Source: an uncultured Clostridia bacterium
GTDB lineage: Bacteria > Bacillota > Clostridia > TANB77 > CAG-508
Length of the DNA stretch: 64,000 nt
Direction: 5' to 3'
Assembly (NCBI GenBank): GCA_948524275.1
Contig: CAOSLI010000004.1
Span: 16,106 to 80,105, forward strand
In this document: piece after piece, positions 29,427-40,045 of the stretch
How positions within the stretch are numbered: position 1 is the first letter of the stretch
Layout: each line of letters begins with the position of its first letter
Made by a program: the position numbers and the translations under genes
Notes under the pieces: model-generated
Told to the model about the DNA's origin: nothing
What the model saw: only the letters and a program-made list of their open reading frames with translations
Database searches by the model: none

Positions 29427-30524
29427 TTATTTTTTGAAACCCTTATTTTTTAAGAATGGTGGTACGTCTAAATCTACTCTATCACCTTCTGGAACTGGTG
29501 CTCCTTGTTTTACTGGCCATGCAGATTTTCCAATTGTTGTTTCAGCCCCACCTGGTCTTTTATCAAATCCAGTTGCTATAACTGTTATGCAGATATCTTC
29601 ATCTAGGCTCTTATCTATTACTGTACCGAAGATAATGTTTGCTTCAGGGTCTACACTTCTTTGTACTAATTCAGCTGCTGTATTTACTTCATGTAATCCT
29701 AAGTTTTCTCCACCAACAACATTAATGATTACTCCCCTTGCTCCTTCTATCGTTGTTTCTAATAATGGACTTTGGATAGCTTGTTTTGCTGCATCTTCTG
29801 CTCTGTTTTCTCCTGATGCTCTTCCTATACCCATATGTGCCATTCCTGTATTAAGCATTATTGCTTTAACATCTGCAAAGTCTAGGTTAATTGAACCTGG
29901 TACTGCAATTATGTTAGATATACCTTGTACACCTTGTCTTAATACATCATCTGCCATTTTAAATGCTTCTGTCATTGTTGTATTTCTGTCTATTATTTGA
30001 AGTAGCTTGTCATTTGGTATTACAACCAATGCATCAACTTTTCCTTTTAAGCTTTCAATTCCACGTTCTGCTTGAAGTATTCTTTTCTTTCCTTCAAATC
30101 CAAATGGCTTTGTAACAACTGCTATTGTTAATATTCCCATTTCTTTAGCAATTGCTGCTACTACTGGCGCTGCTCCTGTACCTGTTCCTCCACCCATTCC
30201 AGATGTAACAAATACCATGTCAGCTCCTCTTATTGCTTCTGATATTTCTGTTTTGCTTTCTTCTGCTGATTGAGCTCCTATATCTGGGTTAGCTCCTGCA
30301 CCAAGTCCTCTTGTAATTTTTTCACCTATTTGAATCTTTGTATTTGCTTTTGATAACATAAGTGCTTGTTTATCAGTATTGACTGCTATAAATTCTACAC
30401 CTTCAATTCCTGATTCAACCATTCTGTTAACTGCATTATTTCCAGCTCCACCAACTCCTATTACTTTTATTATAGTTGTATCATCTGCTCTCATATTTTC
30501 ATCATAATTGTTATCCATTAACAT
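29427..30524 (-). CDS. ftsZ: Cell division protein FtsZ
   Basis: 365 aa with [13 protein letters not shown] and [13 protein letters not shown]. Confidence 0.98.
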   Translation of the reverse strand: MLMDNNYDENMRADDTTIIKVIGVGGAGNNAVNRMVESGIEGVEFIAVNTDKQALMLSKANTKIQIGEKITRGLGAGANPDIGAQSAEESKTEISEAIRGADMVFVTSGMGGGTGTGAAPVVAAIAKEMGILTIAVVTKPFGFEGKKRILQAERGIESLKGKVDALVVIPNDKLLQIIDRNTTMTEAFKMADDVLRQGVQGISNIIAVPGSINLDFADVKAIMLNTGMAHMGIGRASGENRAEDAAKQAIQSPLLETTIEGARGVIINVVGGENLGLHEVNTAAELVQRSVDPEANIIFGTVIDKSLDEDICITVIATGFDKRPGGAETTIGKSAWPVKQGAPVPEGDRVDLDVPPFLKNKGFKK

Positions 30525-30567
30525 AAACTTTACTCCTCCTAAAATATTTTCTTTTTATCCTATAATT

Positions 30568-31782
30568 TTACGAATAGAAAAAATCTTTTACCTTTTCTAG
30601 TGCATTTTTAAAGAAACTTTCTCTGTTTGAGCCTATATCTAAGCTACTTGCAACTGTTTTGGCAAAAGGTCTTGCAGCTATATATCTAACAAGTGCATAT
30701 GATGTTACATATATTGGCTTAATTTTGCCGTTTGCAAATTTAACAGGTATGTTTAATGTAATTTTTCCTACAATGTCGCTTTTACTTATAGTCGTAATTC
30801 CTTGCCCCGTCAGAATTACATTATTTATTTTTGGTTTTATAGCTTGATTTGATATATCATTGTTAACTAGCTCAAATATTTGCTCAACTCTAGCTTCAAT
30901 TATCTCAACTATATTAGAGCTTCTAACAATCTTATTTCCATCTTTTGCTGTACTTAATATAATCTCTGTATCATTATCCATATAAGACTTTAGCGCTAGT
31001 CCATACTGTTTTTTTAGCTTTTCAGCTTCTTCATGTGATATATTTAATACTAATTCAATATCATTTGTAATATTTTTCCCTCCAACAGGTATTGTATTAG
31101 TATATATAAATCTTTCACCATCAAATATTCCTATATCTGTATGTTCTGATCCAATATCTAATAGCATTATAAAATCATTCTGTTCTGATTCTTCTAAAAC
31201 TAAATTTCTTTCTGCTAATGTTACAGGTACCATTCCATCTATGTCAATGTCTACTTTCTTAAAAATATTTGACATTATTCTTATATATTCTTTATCAGCT
31301 AATATTATCTGTGCATTTAGTACAAAATTTGAACTAAATGCTCCTATAGGGTCTCTAACTCTCTTTCCACTATCTAGTATAAAATCGTTAGTTACAATAT
31401 CAATAACTTGTTTTCCCTCTGGTATATTAATGTCTTTTGCTTGCATTATTGCATTTGATATGTCTCTTGCAGATATTCCTGAATATTTATCCTTTGTTTC
31501 CTTTGTAATACTATTTTGTACTATAGTGACATATTTACCAGGAATTGTTATGTACGCAGAATTAATTTTCATATTCATTTCTTTTTCTGCTTCTTTTATA
31601 ACATCTGATATAGAGTCAGCAAGCTTTGTTTCGTCTACTATCTTTCCTTTTTGTATGCCACTACTTATTTTATTGGTATTACAAATGACCTCAATTTGAT
31701 TAAAATTGTTGACTTCACCAACAACTAGACTAATTTTTGATGAGCCTATGTCAATGCCTACAATTATGTCACCTATAGCCAA
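30568..31782 (-). CDS. ftsA: Cell division protein FtsA
   Basis: 404 aa actin-like ATPase with VGIDIGSSKISLVVGE. Conserved position upstream of ftsZ. Confidence 0.92.
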   Translation of the reverse strand: MAIGDIIVGIDIGSSKISLVVGEVNNFNQIEVICNTNKISSGIQKGKIVDETKLADSISDVIKEAEKEMNMKINSAYITIPGKYVTIVQNSITKETKDKYSGISARDISNAIMQAKDINIPEGKQVIDIVTNDFILDSGKRVRDPIGAFSSNFVLNAQIILADKEYIRIMSNIFKKVDIDIDGMVPVTLAERNLVLEESEQNDFIMLLDIGSEHTDIGIFDGERFIYTNTIPVGGKNITNDIELVLNISHEEAEKLKKQYGLALKSYMDNDTEIILSTAKDGNKIVRSSNIVEIIEARVEQIFELVNNDISNQAIKPKINNVILTGQGITTISKSDIVGKITLNIPVKFANGKIKPIYVTSYALVRYIAARPFAKTVASSLDIGSNRESFFKNALEKVKDFFYS

Positions 31783-31938
31783 AGTAGTTCCCCCCAGTCC
31801 TCATTTCTTATTTTGCTTAAGGATATATTATTTTTCGAAAAAAGTCAATACAATTCGACATATTTTTGTAATATTTTTGTAATGATTTTGTAATGATTTC
31901 CTAAAACCCTTACATTTCATAGTTTTAGACTTATAAGT

Positions 31939-32292
31939 TTATTTATTTGCTCTCTTCGCTTTTTCTAAAAGATATCTTCTTATAATTCCCAAATTATTAA
32001 ACATTCTTCCTATAAAGACTATTATAGCAGCTAGATAAATATCAACATTTAATCTTTGTCCTAAATATGTTAAAAGCATTGCTAATATTGCATTTACAAA
32101 AAATCCAGATATAAATACACTTACATCGAAATTCTTTTTTACGTTTGATGCTATTCCTCCAAATACTGAGTCCAGCGCAGCTACTATTGCTATTGCTAAA
32201 TATTTAGATGCACTATATGGTATAGCTGGAACTAATAATCCTATCACTGCTCCTAGTACGCATCCTATTATCATTGTAATTGTCATCATCAT
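31939..32292 (-). CDS. sbp: Small basic protein Sbp (DUF1290)
   Basis: 117 aa membrane protein in the conserved position between the DUF881 genes and ftsA, as in the Bacillus ylxW-ylxX-sbp arrangement. Confidence 0.7.
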   Translation of the reverse strand: MMMTITMIIGCVLGAVIGLLVPAIPYSASKYLAIAIVAALDSVFGGIASNVKKNFDVSVFISGFFVNAILAMLLTYLGQRLNVDIYLAAIIVFIGRMFNNLGIIRRYLLEKAKRANK

Positions 32293-32293
32293 A

Positions 32294-33013
32294 TTATTCT
32301 GCCTCCTTCATGTATTTTGTTTCTATATCTTTTGTATATTTTTTTATCTGAACATTGTTTGATTGTTCTACACTTATATCTAAATAATTGATTTTCATAA
32401 GATCAACAAATCCACTATTTTTGGTATTAAGTGTACTTGATAAATATGTCTTATCTCCTATTGCTTTTACTATGTAGGGTGACGAAATCCTTGCATTTGC
32501 ATTTATGACAATAAAACTGTCTGTTATAGTAACTATATCTGTTAGATTTATTATCCTGTTTTCATTTATTGATATTGCTTCTGCTCCTGCGTATTTTAGC
32601 TCATTAACTAATGTACGTAAATCTTCTGCTGTATATATAGCTTCGTTAGTATCCTTAAGAGTTATTATAACTCCTTCTCCTTCTACATCTGTTAATCCTA
32701 GAGTAGCATTAGATTCTTCAATTTCTTTATCAATTAAACTTGTTGATGCATCAGTATCATGAATTGTTTCTGAATATTCACGAATTTTATTTTGGTTTTC
32801 TTCGTATTGGGTTCTTGTTTCTTCATATCTTGATTTATAACTTGCAATCTGCCTTTTTAGTTCATCATTTCTTAGTCCTTCAATGTCTTGCTCTTTTGAT
32901 TTATTAATAGTTTTAAATTGTATAAGCATTGAGCATATTAGTAGTAAGCTTAAAATTCCTGCAATTAGTGATATTGCTATCGTATTTTTATTGTTCTTTA
33001 ATTTTAGTTTCAA
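32294..33013 (-). CDS. DUF881-family division/sporulation-associated protein
   Basis: 239 aa with an N-terminal TM helix, a coiled coil, and GEGVIITLKD...LVNELKYAGAEAISINENRI. Confidence 0.75.
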   Translation of the reverse strand: MKLKLKNNKNTIAISLIAGILSLLLICSMLIQFKTINKSKEQDIEGLRNDELKRQIASYKSRYEETRTQYEENQNKIREYSETIHDTDASTSLIDKEIEESNATLGLTDVEGEGVIITLKDTNEAIYTAEDLRTLVNELKYAGAEAISINENRIINLTDIVTITDSFIVINANARISSPYIVKAIGDKTYLSSTLNTKNSGFVDLMKINYLDISVEQSNNVQIKKYTKDIETKYMKEAE

Positions 33014-33016
33014 TTC

Positions 33017-33736
33017 TTACTCACCTCTTGATTTCATATATTTTTTTGTAATTGCCCCACTATATTTGGCAATTTCTATATTTGATGTTTTCTTAATTTC
33101 TATTGGCATTTTACTCATTCTCATTTGTTGAATTGTGCCGCCGGCTCTTTCTAAGGCTCCATATAGCTTTTCTTGTTGTCCTATTGCCTTTATTGTACAA
33201 GGTGAGCTTATTTTCTCTCCATTTACTAAGATTACATTTCCAGCGCATAATATATAAGTTGAATTAACTATTCTTTCTCCATTTATTTCTATGGCCTCTG
33301 CTCCAGCGTTTGCAAGTTCATTTACAATTTCTCTTAAATCTCCATCATGTATGATTAGACTACTTGCGTCTTCAATTTGCATAGAACTTTGAGCATCTCT
33401 AAGTGTTATTACAACTCCATCACCTTTTACCTTAGTTAGTCCTAAAAGTAAATTGTTTTGTCTTAGCTTTTCTGTTTTTTCAGTAGAATTACTTATATTA
33501 GTAGTTGCAGTTTTCCTCATATTTTCTAATTCTTTTTCAGAATCTGCTAATTTTTCCACTTCTTTATCATATTTCTCTTTCCAACTTAATAAGCTGTCCT
33601 TAAGTTCATCATCTGCGAAGCTCTGTGATACTACTGAGTTTTCCAATCTCATGGTCTTTATCTGAATTGTTATTGCTAAAGTTAATGCAAAGCAAACAAT
33701 TCCCATTCCTATTCTGTTTCCATTTGTCTTTTTCAT
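33017..33736 (-). CDS. DUF881-family division/sporulation-associated protein (paralog)
   Basis: 239 aa with GDGVVITLRD...IVNELANAGAEAIEINGERI. Tandem with the preceding paralog. Confidence 0.75.
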   Translation of the reverse strand: MKKTNGNRIGMGIVCFALTLAITIQIKTMRLENSVVSQSFADDELKDSLLSWKEKYDKEVEKLADSEKELENMRKTATTNISNSTEKTEKLRQNNLLLGLTKVKGDGVVITLRDAQSSMQIEDASSLIIHDGDLREIVNELANAGAEAIEINGERIVNSTYILCAGNVILVNGEKISSPCTIKAIGQQEKLYGALERAGGTIQQMRMSKMPIEIKKTSNIEIAKYSGAITKKYMKSRGE

Positions 33737-33796
33737 AACTTTTTGTACTTAAAAGTATAAGTACTCTTGCCTCCTTAAAATATGATTTTAAGCTTT

Positions 33797-34960
33797 TTAT
33801 GGTTCGCTTACACCTTTATAAACATCTTCACTAAAGTATGGATATTTGCCTCGCAGATCAACATTTACAAATATTTCTCCTTGTATACCCTTTTCTCTTT
33901 CCATAATTACTTTTATATATGGCATTTTAGTATCTAAGTTTGATGTATCTCCAAGGTGTACTTTTTTCTTTTCACTGTCCATATGTAAAATATAATCTGA
34001 TTTATTACTAATATCTATCATTTTAATAAAACTATCTAGTCCATTACTTTTAGCATATTCCATTATTTTAATAACATCATTTAGTGCATCAATATCATCC
34101 TTGCATAGTCTGTTTCCTGGCTTCATCATTTCTTCTGATGTAGAATATCCCTTTATCTTTAGTTTGTCATCTACATTTTGTTCTGATATTTCTAATATAT
34201 ATGCTTCACTTCCAATATACGCATAGACGTTAGCAAATTCAAATAAATACTCTAATACTCTTTCTTCAATTGTAAGTTCAATTTTTGATGGCAAAATCCT
34301 TTTAACTTGTACTTTCCTAATATATGGTTCTTTCTTAATATTTGAATTTACTTCCCTTTTACTTATTTTGTATAGGTTTGTCCCACTTTGTATTTTAGAT
34401 AAACTTATTACTCTTTCTTTCGATATTTTACTATTTCCTAAAACTTGTACTTCTTTTATATTAAATATTGGAGATAGCAAGAAAAGTACTATTGCAACAA
34501 GTACTAAAATTATTAAACCAAGCACTTTAATTTTTTTCTTTAGTTGTATTGACATTTTGGCCTTTGGGCTTGTCATTTTTTTCTTATGTTCAGTTCTCTT
34601 TCTCTCTTCTTCTTTTTCTTGTCTTTTTATTGCTTTTCTTTTGTTAAGATTCTCTTTTTTCTTTTGTTTCTTAATTTTGTTAACCTTTCTTTTGTCTGCT
34701 TTAGGCATGCCATCTTCCGTTCTTATAGCCTGCCTTGTTTCTTTTTTTAAAGGTGGAATTTGTTTTATTCCAATATATTTATCTTCGTCTACCTTTTTCG
34801 ATTTTTCTTTTTGTATTTTTTTTGCTTTTTGCTTTTGTTTTTCTTCGCTCCCAACTTCAAGGTCATAGTTAAAAATGCTATTACTTCTAGCTTCTTTAGA
34901 GGCACCTCTTGGAGATGCCTTTTTAGTATTATATTTAGAATTAGTACTTTTCTTTTGCAT
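33797..34960 (-). CDS. divIB: Cell division protein DivIB/FtsQ with long lysine-rich N-terminal extension
   Basis: 387 aa. About 140 aa of K/E/R-rich sequence, then a TM helix and a POTRA-like FNIKEVQVLGNSKISKERV segment. Conserved position between murA and the DUF881 genes. Confidence 0.8.
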   Translation of the reverse strand: MQKKSTNSKYNTKKASPRGASKEARSNSIFNYDLEVGSEEKQKQKAKKIQKEKSKKVDEDKYIGIKQIPPLKKETRQAIRTEDGMPKADKRKVNKIKKQKKKENLNKRKAIKRQEKEEERKRTEHKKKMTSPKAKMSIQLKKKIKVLGLIILVLVAIVLFLLSPIFNIKEVQVLGNSKISKERVISLSKIQSGTNLYKISKREVNSNIKKEPYIRKVQVKRILPSKIELTIEERVLEYLFEFANVYAYIGSEAYILEISEQNVDDKLKIKGYSTSEEMMKPGNRLCKDDIDALNDVIKIMEYAKSNGLDSFIKMIDISNKSDYILHMDSEKKKVHLGDTSNLDTKMPYIKVIMEREKGIQGEIFVNVDLRGKYPYFSEDVYKGVSEP

Positions 34961-34965
34961 TTATA

Positions 34966-36228
34966 TCACCCTTTTTTTACTTTTATATTAGCACCAAGCT
35001 TTTTTAGTTTTTCTTCTAAATGTTCATAACCTCTTAATATATATTCTATGTTTTCAACTCTTGTTGTTCCATTTGCTGCAAGACCTGCAAGCACTAATGC
35101 TGCCCCTCCTCTTAAATCTGCACTACTTACTATTTTTCCTTCTAATATTTTTCCGCCATTTATCTTTATAATGTTTTCTTTTTCATTGTATTCGATATCA
35201 GCGCCCATTTTTACTAAATCCTCTGTATATTTAAATCGATTTTCAAATATATTTTCCTTTATACTAGATATTCCCTTTGCTTTAGTCATAACTGCTCCAA
35301 TTATAGGTTGCATATCAGTTGGAAATCCTGGATATGGCATTGTTTCTACAGATGTAGCCTTTAATTGCTTTGGAGCTTTAAGCGTTATTCCTTGTGTATC
35401 TATCCAGATTTTACATCCCATATCTTTTAATTTATATAGTACATCTAGCAAATCCTCTGCATCAGCATTTTCTACTCTAATTTCTCCACCTGTAATTGCT
35501 GCAGCACAAAGAAGTGTTCCTGTTTCAATTCTATCTGACATTATTCTGTATTCTGCTTTATGTAGTTTCGATACTCCGCAGATTGTAATCTTACTTGTTC
35601 CTGCTCCATATACCTTAGCACCCATCTTGTTTAAACATCTAGCTAAGTCTTGTATTTCTGGCTCTTTAGCTGCATTTATAATATGAGTTGTTCCCTTGCA
35701 GTAAACAGATGCTAAAATTATATTTTCAGTTGCACCAACACTTGGAAATTCTAACTTAATTGTTTTTCCTATTAGTCCATTTGGAGCTTTGCAATGTATA
35801 TAATCTTCTTTTTCTTCTATCTCTACTCCCATTTCTCTAAATGCTTTTAGATGTAAATCTATAGGCCTTTTTCCAATATTGCATCCACCTGGATATGAGA
35901 ATGTTGCTTCTCCAAATCGTCCTAATATAGCTCCTGCAAGAATTACTGTTGAACGTAATTTATGCATTAAATCTTTTGGTATCGTTTTATTTGTCATATT
36001 TTTACTTGCTATACATATTTTATCACTATCTATAGTTTCTTTGCAACCTAAAATTTTTAATATTTGCAATGTTATCTTTGTATCTTCAATATTAGGAATG
36101 TTATAAAATGTAACTTCCTCTGGATTAAGTATGGCTGCTCCCATTATTGGAAGTGCTGCATTTTTTGATCCTGATGCTTTTATCGTACCTTCTATCTTAT
36201 TTTTTCCTTCAATTACATAACTTTGCAT
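34966..36228 (-). CDS. murA: UDP-N-acetylglucosamine 1-carboxyvinyltransferase
   Basis: 420 aa with GSKNAALPIMGAAIL, a YPGGCNIGKRPIDLH active-site Cys loop, and FPTDMQ. Confidence 0.95.
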   Translation of the reverse strand: MQSYVIEGKNKIEGTIKASGSKNAALPIMGAAILNPEEVTFYNIPNIEDTKITLQILKILGCKETIDSDKICIASKNMTNKTIPKDLMHKLRSTVILAGAILGRFGEATFSYPGGCNIGKRPIDLHLKAFREMGVEIEEKEDYIHCKAPNGLIGKTIKLEFPSVGATENIILASVYCKGTTHIINAAKEPEIQDLARCLNKMGAKVYGAGTSKITICGVSKLHKAEYRIMSDRIETGTLLCAAAITGGEIRVENADAEDLLDVLYKLKDMGCKIWIDTQGITLKAPKQLKATSVETMPYPGFPTDMQPIIGAVMTKAKGISSIKENIFENRFKYTEDLVKMGADIEYNEKENIIKINGGKILEGKIVSSADLRGGAALVLAGLAANGTTRVENIEYILRGYEHLEEKLKKLGANIKVKKG

Positions 36229-36282
36229 ACTATATCTCCTTTCTAATTGATATATAGTATGTAAAGTTATTATTTATTGTTA

Positions 36283-39200
36283 CTATTTGGCACTTAAACT
36301 AATTGATAAAAGCTTACTTACTCCATTTTCCTCCATAGTTATTCCATAAACTGTGCTTGCCGCTTCCATTGTTCCTTTTCTGTGTGTAATTACTAAAAAC
36401 TGAGTTTTAGTAATAAATTTCTTTAGGAACTCTGCATATCTGTATACATTTACATCATCAAGCGCTGCTTCTATTTCATCTAGTATACAAAATGGTGCTG
36501 GATTAATCTTTAGTATAGCAAATAATATTGCTATTGCTGTTAAAGCTTTTTCTCCACCTGATAATAGTGTCATGTTTTGAAGCTTCTTTCCTGTTGGCTG
36601 AACTTTAATATCTATTCCGCATTCTAAAATATTGTCTTCATCTTCTAATGTAAGTTCTGCCTGTCCTCCACCGAATAATTCTACAAATACTTCATTAAAG
36701 TTTTTATTGATTTGGTTAAACTTTTCTTTAAATTGCTTTTTCATTGTTGTAGTCATTTCTGTAATTATATTTCTTAACTTAGTCATTGTATTTTCTAAGT
36801 CTAGTCTTTGCTCTGACATTGTTTCGTATCTTTCTTTAGCTGTTTTATATTCTTCTATTGAATCAACATTTACAGGTCCCAAATCTTTTATTTCTTTATG
36901 CAAGTTATTTACTTTCTTTTGGACTTCTCCTATATTTCCTTCTGGTTTTGAATAATCCTTCGCATTGTTTGGTGTAATCTCATATTCATTCCATAATTCA
37001 TTTATTGTGTCTGATATTTCCTGTTCTTGTGCAGTTTTTTTGGCATCTATTTTTATGATTTGTTCTTTAATTTTTTGGATAGTTTCAAATTGGTTAGATA
37101 CATCTTTTTCTGCGCCATTCATTTTTTCATTCTTTTCTATTCTTGATACTTTTAATTCTTCAGATTTTGCATTACTATTAGATACTTCTTCTTTAATTTT
37201 TATAATTGATGCTTCCATCTCTTCTATTAGCTTCGTTTGTTCTTCATTTTGCTTTTTGCTTTCTTCTATTTTAACCTTTTTATCTTCTATTGCCTTTTTA
37301 TGATTTTCTATATCTGCCCCAATTCTTGCTACCATTTCTTCTATTGACATCTTACTTTCATCAAACGATGATACAGAGATTTTCAAGTTAGTAATATCTA
37401 AATTTAAATCATCTATATACTTTTGATCATCTTTATTTAGTTTAGCAAATTCACTTACTTCTTCTTGCAAAGTACTTACCTTTTCCGTTATTTCAGCTAT
37501 TTCTTTTTCGCAGTGTTCTTTCTCCTTTTGACCATCTTCCATGGCTTCGTTTAAATTCTTTATAATTTCTTGTTTTTTTGTCTTGCTTTCTTCTAATTTA
37601 CTTATCTCGGCTTGTATAGCATTTAATTTTTCTTTTGCTTTTGCAAATTCTATTTCTGCTTCTTGCTTTGCTTTTGTGTACTCATCTATCTTGTTTATGA
37701 TTTCTTCGTTTTCTTTTAAAAACAAGTCTTTTTCTTGGGCTTTACTTGCTATTTTTTCATCTATCTCTTTTATTTGCTTTTCTAATTTCTTTATCTCTGT
37801 TCCTCTACCTAAGATGTTTACCGTCTTTTTGCTATTAGAACCACCACTCATTGAGCCTGATGGGTTTATTACATCACCATCTAATGTAACTATTTTAAAA
37901 TTGTATCTGTTATCTTTGGCTAGTTTTATGGCATGTTCCATATTGTCTACAATTACAGTTCTTCCTAGCAGATTATCTATTATATCTCTGTACTTTTTAT
38001 CTGTCTTTACTAAGTCTGATGCTATGCCAATGGTACCTTCATTTTTGTTAAGTATGTTTTCTAGTTTTTTTCCCTTAATTGCTGATATTGGCAAAAATGT
38101 TGCTCTTCCTAGATTATTCTTTCTAAGATATTCTATCATTTTTTTAGCATCTTTTTCTTCATCTGTTACAATATTTTGAAGACTTGCTCCAAGTGCCATT
38201 TCTATTGCGAGTTCATATTTCTCATCAGTAGAAATAAGGTTTGCTAATACTCCATTTATTCCTCTTTTTAGGTCAAGATTCGCTTCACAAGCATTAAGTA
38301 AATCTTTTACAGATTTAGCGTATCCTTCTTTTTCCCTTTCTGTTTCTAGTAAGAAATTGTATCTTGTTTGCTTCATTCTTCTTTCATCTGTCATATTGTT
38401 AATAAGAATTTCGTATTCTTTTTGCTTTTTGTCAAGTTCTTCTTTTTGCTTATTTATTTTCTCTAATTGCTCCCCTTTTTTATTTTTCTCTGTCTCGGCT
38501 TCAGTATATATTTTGTTAATTTCATTTCTTGTCTCTCTCTTTTTGTCAAGTTCTAGAATAATAGTATTTACTTCTTTTTCTTCTTGGGTAGCTCTAGTCT
38601 TATCGTTGCTTAAGTTAGTTTCAATTATGCTAATTTTGTTCTGCTTGTCATACTTTTGCTCATTTAAATTTTCTATATTCTCTTTTTTCTTTTCTATTTC
38701 AATTTCTTTACTGCTTAGTTTTTTACTTAAAATAGACAGCTCTTCTTGTTTCTCTTCAAGTTCTTTTTGGAATTTTTCTTTGCTTTCTAGTAATCCTGTC
38801 TTTTTATCTTCTTTTGATCTTTTCTCTTCTTCTAGTTCTTGGATAGCTTGACTTGCTTCTCTTATCTCGCTTTCCATTCTTTCTTTGTTTTGATTATTAT
38901 TGCATATTCTTTCTTTGCTTAAAGATATATTTGATGTAATTTTTTCAATTTTAGTTTTACTCTCAAAACCGAGATTTTGTATCCTTTCTATTTCTTCTGT
39001 TATATTGTCAATCTCTTGTTTTAACTTTTCTTTTAGTTCTTGCATTCGGCTAAGTTTTTGATTTTCTTCTTTTTCTTGATTTTCAAAAATTTCTTGATCA
39101 TTTTGTAATTCTTGCAATTTTTCTTTGTATGTATCTATTTTATATAAGAATAGCCCTACTTCTATACTTTTTAATTCTTCTCTTAAATCTAAAAATCTTC

Positions 39201-39837
39201 TAGCTTTATCTGATTGTATTTTAAGTGGTTCTAATGTTCCTTCTATTTCTGATAATATATCATTTATTCTAATTAAGTTTACTTTTGTTTGTTCTAATTT
39301 CTTTTCTGATTCTTCTCTTCTTGCTCTATATTTTACAATTCCTGCTGCTTCTTCAAATATGTGTCTTCTGTCCTCTGATTTGTTACTTAAGATTTCATCA
39401 ATCTTTCCTTGTCCAATTATTGAATATCCGTCTCTTCCAATTCCAGTATCCATAAATAACTCTACTACATCTTTAAGTCTGCAAGGTGTCTTATTTATGA
39501 AATACCCTGATTCTCCTGTTCTATATAACCTTCTTGCTACTGTAACTTCTGCATATTCTATTGGAAGGGATTTATCTTCGTTGTCAATTATCATTGAGAC
39601 TTCAGCAAACCCTAATGATTTTCTATTTTGAGTTCCAGCAAAAATAACATCCTCAGATTTTGCTCCTCTTAAAGATTTCATACTTTGCTCTCCTAGTACC
39701 CAACGTATAGCATCTGAAATATTACTTTTTCCAGATCCGTTTGGTCCAATTACTGCTGTTATTCCTGGTTTAAATTCTAATATTGTTCTATCTGCAAATG
39801 ACTTAAATCCCTGCAATTCCAACCTTTTTAAATGCAT
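36283..39837 (-). CDS. smc: Chromosome partition protein Smc
   Basis: 1184 aa with FKSFADRT...GPNGSGKSNISDAIRWVLGE, a long coiled coil, a hinge, and C-terminal LSGGEKALTAIA...ILDEIEAALD. Confidence 0.97.
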   Translation of the reverse strand: MHLKRLELQGFKSFADRTILEFKPGITAVIGPNGSGKSNISDAIRWVLGEQSMKSLRGAKSEDVIFAGTQNRKSLGFAEVSMIIDNEDKSLPIEYAEVTVARRLYRTGESGYFINKTPCRLKDVVELFMDTGIGRDGYSIIGQGKIDEILSNKSEDRRHIFEEAAGIVKYRARREESEKKLEQTKVNLIRINDILSEIEGTLEPLKIQSDKARRFLDLREELKSIEVGLFLYKIDTYKEKLQELQNDQEIFENQEKEENQKLSRMQELKEKLKQEIDNITEEIERIQNLGFESKTKIEKITSNISLSKERICNNNQNKERMESEIREASQAIQELEEEKRSKEDKKTGLLESKEKFQKELEEKQEELSILSKKLSSKEIEIEKKKENIENLNEQKYDKQNKISIIETNLSNDKTRATQEEKEVNTIILELDKKRETRNEINKIYTEAETEKNKKGEQLEKINKQKEELDKKQKEYEILINNMTDERRMKQTRYNFLLETEREKEGYAKSVKDLLNACEANLDLKRGINGVLANLISTDEKYELAIEMALGASLQNIVTDEEKDAKKMIEYLRKNNLGRATFLPISAIKGKKLENILNKNEGTIGIASDLVKTDKKYRDIIDNLLGRTVIVDNMEHAIKLAKDNRYNFKIVTLDGDVINPSGSMSGGSNSKKTVNILGRGTEIKKLEKQIKEIDEKIASKAQEKDLFLKENEEIINKIDEYTKAKQEAEIEFAKAKEKLNAIQAEISKLEESKTKKQEIIKNLNEAMEDGQKEKEHCEKEIAEITEKVSTLQEEVSEFAKLNKDDQKYIDDLNLDITNLKISVSSFDESKMSIEEMVARIGADIENHKKAIEDKKVKIEESKKQNEEQTKLIEEMEASIIKIKEEVSNSNAKSEELKVSRIEKNEKMNGAEKDVSNQFETIQKIKEQIIKIDAKKTAQEQEISDTINELWNEYEITPNNAKDYSKPEGNIGEVQKKVNNLHKEIKDLGPVNVDSIEEYKTAKERYETMSEQRLDLENTMTKLRNIITEMTTTMKKQFKEKFNQINKNFNEVFVELFGGGQAELTLEDEDNILECGIDIKVQPTGKKLQNMTLLSGGEKALTAIAILFAILKINPAPFCILDEIEAALDDVNVYRYAEFLKKFITKTQFLVITHRKGTMEAASTVYGITMEENGVSKLLSISLSAK

Positions 39838-40045
39838 TTTTAGACTTTCCCTTCTTAATTTTGATTATAAGTATATGACATTTTCGCTTATATTCCTTAA
39901 ATATACTGCCTTTGTTATTTATATCTCTTTTTTTACTTTCATATCTTATCATAAAAAAAATAGATTGTCTATTGATTTTGTTTGTTTTTCTATAATAGAA
40001 AAGAAAAAGCAAAAGTAGTACATTTCACTACCTTTGCTTTAAATA

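Noticed and set aside
34368-35029. ORFs 34368-34868 and 34760-35029 antisense to divIB
   Set aside because: They are complements of the lysine-rich AAA/AAG tract (F-rich translation), so they are artefacts.
35048-35686. 212-aa plus-strand ORF inside murA, and similar antisense ORFs at 29434-30000, 31241-31699, 12240-12716 and 14280-14513
   Set aside because: These are shadow frames opposite well-supported conserved genes, with no independent start signals.
36632-39631. Series of long plus-strand ORFs (up to 212 aa) across smc
   Set aside because: They are antisense to the K/E-rich coiled-coil codons of smc, which generates stop-free F/S/L-rich frames. They are not genes.
39803-40012. 69-aa ORF just upstream of smc
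   Set aside because: It overlaps the smc start and promoter region and has a lysine-rich low-complexity translation. It is probably non-coding.
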